DNA of 57,597 nucleotides from a virus (Duplodnaviria; Caudoviricetes): IMG/VR virus record IMGVR_UViG_3300037119_000577, positions 1 to 57,597 of that record; one strand, 5' to 3'. Shown piece by piece: positions 55,790 to 57,597 of this stretch (position 1 is its first letter; each line of letters starts with the position of its first letter). The notes under the pieces were generated by a model. It saw only the letters and a program-made list of their open reading frames with translations, ran no database searches and was not told where the DNA came from. The position numbers and the translations under genes were made by a program.

Positions 55790-55959
55790 TGTGGATCTTG
55801 GCGGGGGGTATGTTGGGAAAGGTGCGCGCCGATCTGCGGGATCATTGGCCACATATTTACGTTGCGGAAATGGTGTACAAGTTTCGCGGATATTCGACAA
55901 GTCTACGAGTGGATGATTTCATATTCGTGTGCCCAACCGTTGAACTATTTAAGAGGTAA
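55789..55959 (+). CDS. CPT-motif microprotein (56 aa)
   Basis: MWILAG...IFVCPTVELFKR. Confidence 0.82.
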   Translation: MWILAGGMLGKVRADLRDHWPHIYVAEMVYKFRGYSTSLRVDDFIFVCPTVELFKR

Positions 55960-55962
55960 CTA

Positions 55963-56304
55963 ATGAATCTCAGTAAAATGCTTAAGAGAGTCAAGAAGCG
56001 CGAAGCTCTAAAATTGGCTGGTCATCTCGAATCTTTGGGGGCCGCCTTCTGCCGCGATCAGGAGATCCCGCCCACCGACGCGATGCTGATCTCCAAGCGG
56101 CGAGAAGACGGGTCCACAGAGTACTTCTTTGAGCGCAAGATCGATAAGGTGGACCTTAACGAACTCCACGACGATATCCGCCTAGTGTTCGACTTTGCCT
56201 TTAAGAAGTCGTGGGGCCCCGACGTGACCGACGAGGAGGCCGAGCAGTTAAAATCGGTCATGGAAAAGTACCGCGAGGACTATGAATCCCAGGAGACCAA
56301 ATGA
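55963..56304 (+). CDS. Hypothetical protein (no CPT motif)
   Basis: GAGG RBS, 113 aa. Confidence 0.7.
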   Translation: MNLSKMLKRVKKREALKLAGHLESLGAAFCRDQEIPPTDAMLISKRREDGSTEYFFERKIDKVDLNELHDDIRLVFDFAFKKSWGPDVTDEEAEQLKSVMEKYREDYESQETK

Positions 56305-56444
56305 TCGTTATCTGGGAGTACGCCGGTAAAATTTCCCACCGATATACGTGGACGGACGTGACCTATGTGCGCGCCTCCTACGCAATAGGTCCGCACCACT
56401 GGACCCCCTGGTGCCCTACGGTGGCGCTGATGGTGGGCCTATGA
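56301..56444 (+). CDS. CPT-motif microprotein (47 aa)
   Basis: MIVIWEY...TPWCPTVALMVGL. Confidence 0.82.
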   Translation: MIVIWEYAGKISHRYTWTDVTYVRASYAIGPHHWTPWCPTVALMVGL

Positions 56445-56605
56445 GGTACGTTGTATGGTTTAAATGGTCCGGCGATCCCGGAATCCGCGGAAGCGGGCTA
56501 CCGGCGTTCTATCAGTGCGATCCTATCTCGCATAACGTGCGCGAGGGATTGCGGGTCCCCTGCTGCCCAACCATCTCCTGCTTCAACTACAAGAGTCGCA
56601 TATGA
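56441..56605 (+). CDS. CPT-motif microprotein (54 aa)
   Basis: MRYVVWF...VPCCPTISCFNYKSRI. Confidence 0.8.
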   Translation: MRYVVWFKWSGDPGIRGSGLPAFYQCDPISHNVREGLRVPCCPTISCFNYKSRI

Positions 56606-56769
56606 AGCCCTGGTCCATGTGGTTGTGGGACTGTATCAGGGGCGATTGGCGATGGGTCGACGCGGGTAAACTGTGTCACGACATTCCACCGCACCTGGTG
56701 TTCGACGCGATCAGAAACCATAACTCGGTGATCCGGATCGCGTGCCCCACCACACGGCTACTCGTTTAA
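56602..56769 (+). CDS. CPT-motif microprotein (55 aa)
   Basis: MKPWSMWLW...RIACPTTRLLV. Confidence 0.8.
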   Translation: MKPWSMWLWDCIRGDWRWVDAGKLCHDIPPHLVFDAIRNHNSVIRIACPTTRLLV

Positions 56770-56795
56770 TATCATTAACTATTTAACATTAATAC

Positions 56796-56825
56796 TTGAC
56801 AGAGGTTATTTTTGGGTGATATAAA
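56796..56825 (+). promoter_or_regulatory. sigma70-type promoter
   Basis: TTGACA-N18-TATAAA with TGn extension. Confidence 0.65.
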
Positions 56826-56838
56826 GAACAAATATCGG

Positions 56839-56967
56839 TTGTGGTTAGGCCTCGCGGCAGAGTACCGCGGGCACGGTATCATCTACGCGCACGGGTTCAG
56901 ATCCTGGGTTAGTGCGTCAACCTGGTTTCCGGCCTGCTCCACGGTCGAGATCTTCGGTGGCATATAA
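56839..56967 (+). CDS. CPT-motif variant microprotein (start uncertain: TTG 56839 or 56812)
   Basis: (M)WLGLAAEY...FPACSTVEIFGGI. Confidence 0.65.
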   Translation: MWLGLAAEYRGHGIIYAHGFRSWVSASTWFPACSTVEIFGGI

Positions 56968-57136
56968 TCACCTGTGGCTATCGCGCGGTAAGCGGGTCCG
57001 CACTCGTCGGGATAGGTACTTTAAAAACTTCTGGGACGAGTTGGAAGATACTTGCCTATATCTCCAGGCGCCCGGCCCCGATCGATTGGCGTGCGACCTC
57101 TGTTACCTTTTCCTGAATAACGAGGATACCCGATGA
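56957..57136 (+). CDS. CPT-motif variant microprotein (59 aa)
   Basis: MAYNHLWL...RLACDLCYLFLNNEDTR. Confidence 0.7.
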   Translation: MAYNHLWLSRGKRVRTRRDRYFKNFWDELEDTCLYLQAPGPDRLACDLCYLFLNNEDTR

Positions 57137-57282
57137 ATAATTCCCTATATATGTACTGGTGCGTTTACAAGGGCCAAGTTATTAAGATCGAGAACCCGCG
57201 TACCCGATCGGGCTTCTATTTTAAGCGCGAGGAGCAAGTGTGCGAAACGATTCAGCTATTCTTCGTGGGAGACTTCCGCTAA
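57133..57282 (+). CDS. CPT-motif microprotein (49 aa)
   Basis: MNNSLYMYWC...EQVCETIQLFFVGDFR. Confidence 0.82.
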   Translation: MNNSLYMYWCVYKGQVIKIENPRTRSGFYFKREEQVCETIQLFFVGDFR

Positions 57283-57428
57283 TGTTCTGGTATCTCGAAC
57301 ACCGGATCGGCGATAATATGCGTAAACCTTACAAGTATTTAGGCCGCCCTTCTACGAGTCAAGTCTTTTATTGGTTCCATCCTTCCTTGGTTCCCCTCTG
57401 TTTGACGTGTAAACTCTTTAGTGTTTGA
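57282..57428 (+). CDS. CPT-motif variant microprotein (48 aa)
   Basis: MFWYLE...VPLCLTCKLFSV. Confidence 0.78.
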   Translation: MFWYLEHRIGDNMRKPYKYLGRPSTSQVFYWFHPSLVPLCLTCKLFSV

Positions 57429-57597
57429 TTAATAGCCCTTAAGTACCTATTAATTTGGCCGATTCCTTAGCCCGAAGGGCAGACTACCCAATAAAAATCA
57501 ATTAAATCGTAAAAATACTTAATATTAATACATATTTACCTCAAAATTAACTATAAATATTAAAACCTGTCTCTTACAGACCCATCTTTTAATATTT

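Noticed and set aside
49539-57428. Integron-like DNA site (TGCCCCAC) as the explanation for the shared motif
   Set aside because: Third-position variation and P/E/D swaps preserve the peptide rather than the DNA; no palindromic attC-like structure or integrase seen.
49539-57428. RiPP precursor array
   Set aside because: No recognisable modification enzyme (radical SAM, YcaO, LanM) or transporter; host-enzyme modification cannot be excluded.
1-57597. Terminal repeats, tRNAs, integrase/att site
   Set aside because: None recognised by eye; the two ends show no overlap. tRNAscan and read mapping are needed to be sure.

Overview
The window looks like a near-complete or complete lytic, short-tailed (podovirus-like) dsDNA phage genome. 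I found no integrase, repressor, tape-measure protein or sheath. The - strand arm (about 49.4 kb down to 0.3 kb) carries a PolA/ssRNAP-like palm protein, then packaging and virion genes (terminase, portal, scaffold, major capsid, adaptor, nozzle, ejection proteins, fibres), membrane and lysis genes, and a replication block (dNMP kinase, Cas4-like exonuclease, SSB, RuvC, DinG-like helicase, Sak4-like ATPase, and a family-A polymerase split by an HNH gene). The + strand arm (49.5-57.4 kb) looks nearly empty in the supplied ORF track. Hand translation shows it is a translationally coupled array of about 25 Trp-rich microproteins, interleaved with a MoxR AAA+ ATPase, a vWA/HExxH protein and a ClpP-like protease. 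Five more copies sit in the replication block (family size range 39-93 aa). Their bodies are unrelated, but all carry a near-C-terminal C-[PED]-T-[VCIA]-x-[LM]-[FLM] motif or a close variant; this family is the main candidate for an undescribed system. The genome also has consensus sigma28 (FliA), sigma54 (RpoN) and sigma70 promoter motifs in different modules, suggesting a host-sigma-driven programme in a flagellated, possibly Bdellovibrionota-like host (inference). All calls come from reading motifs by eye; no database search was run.
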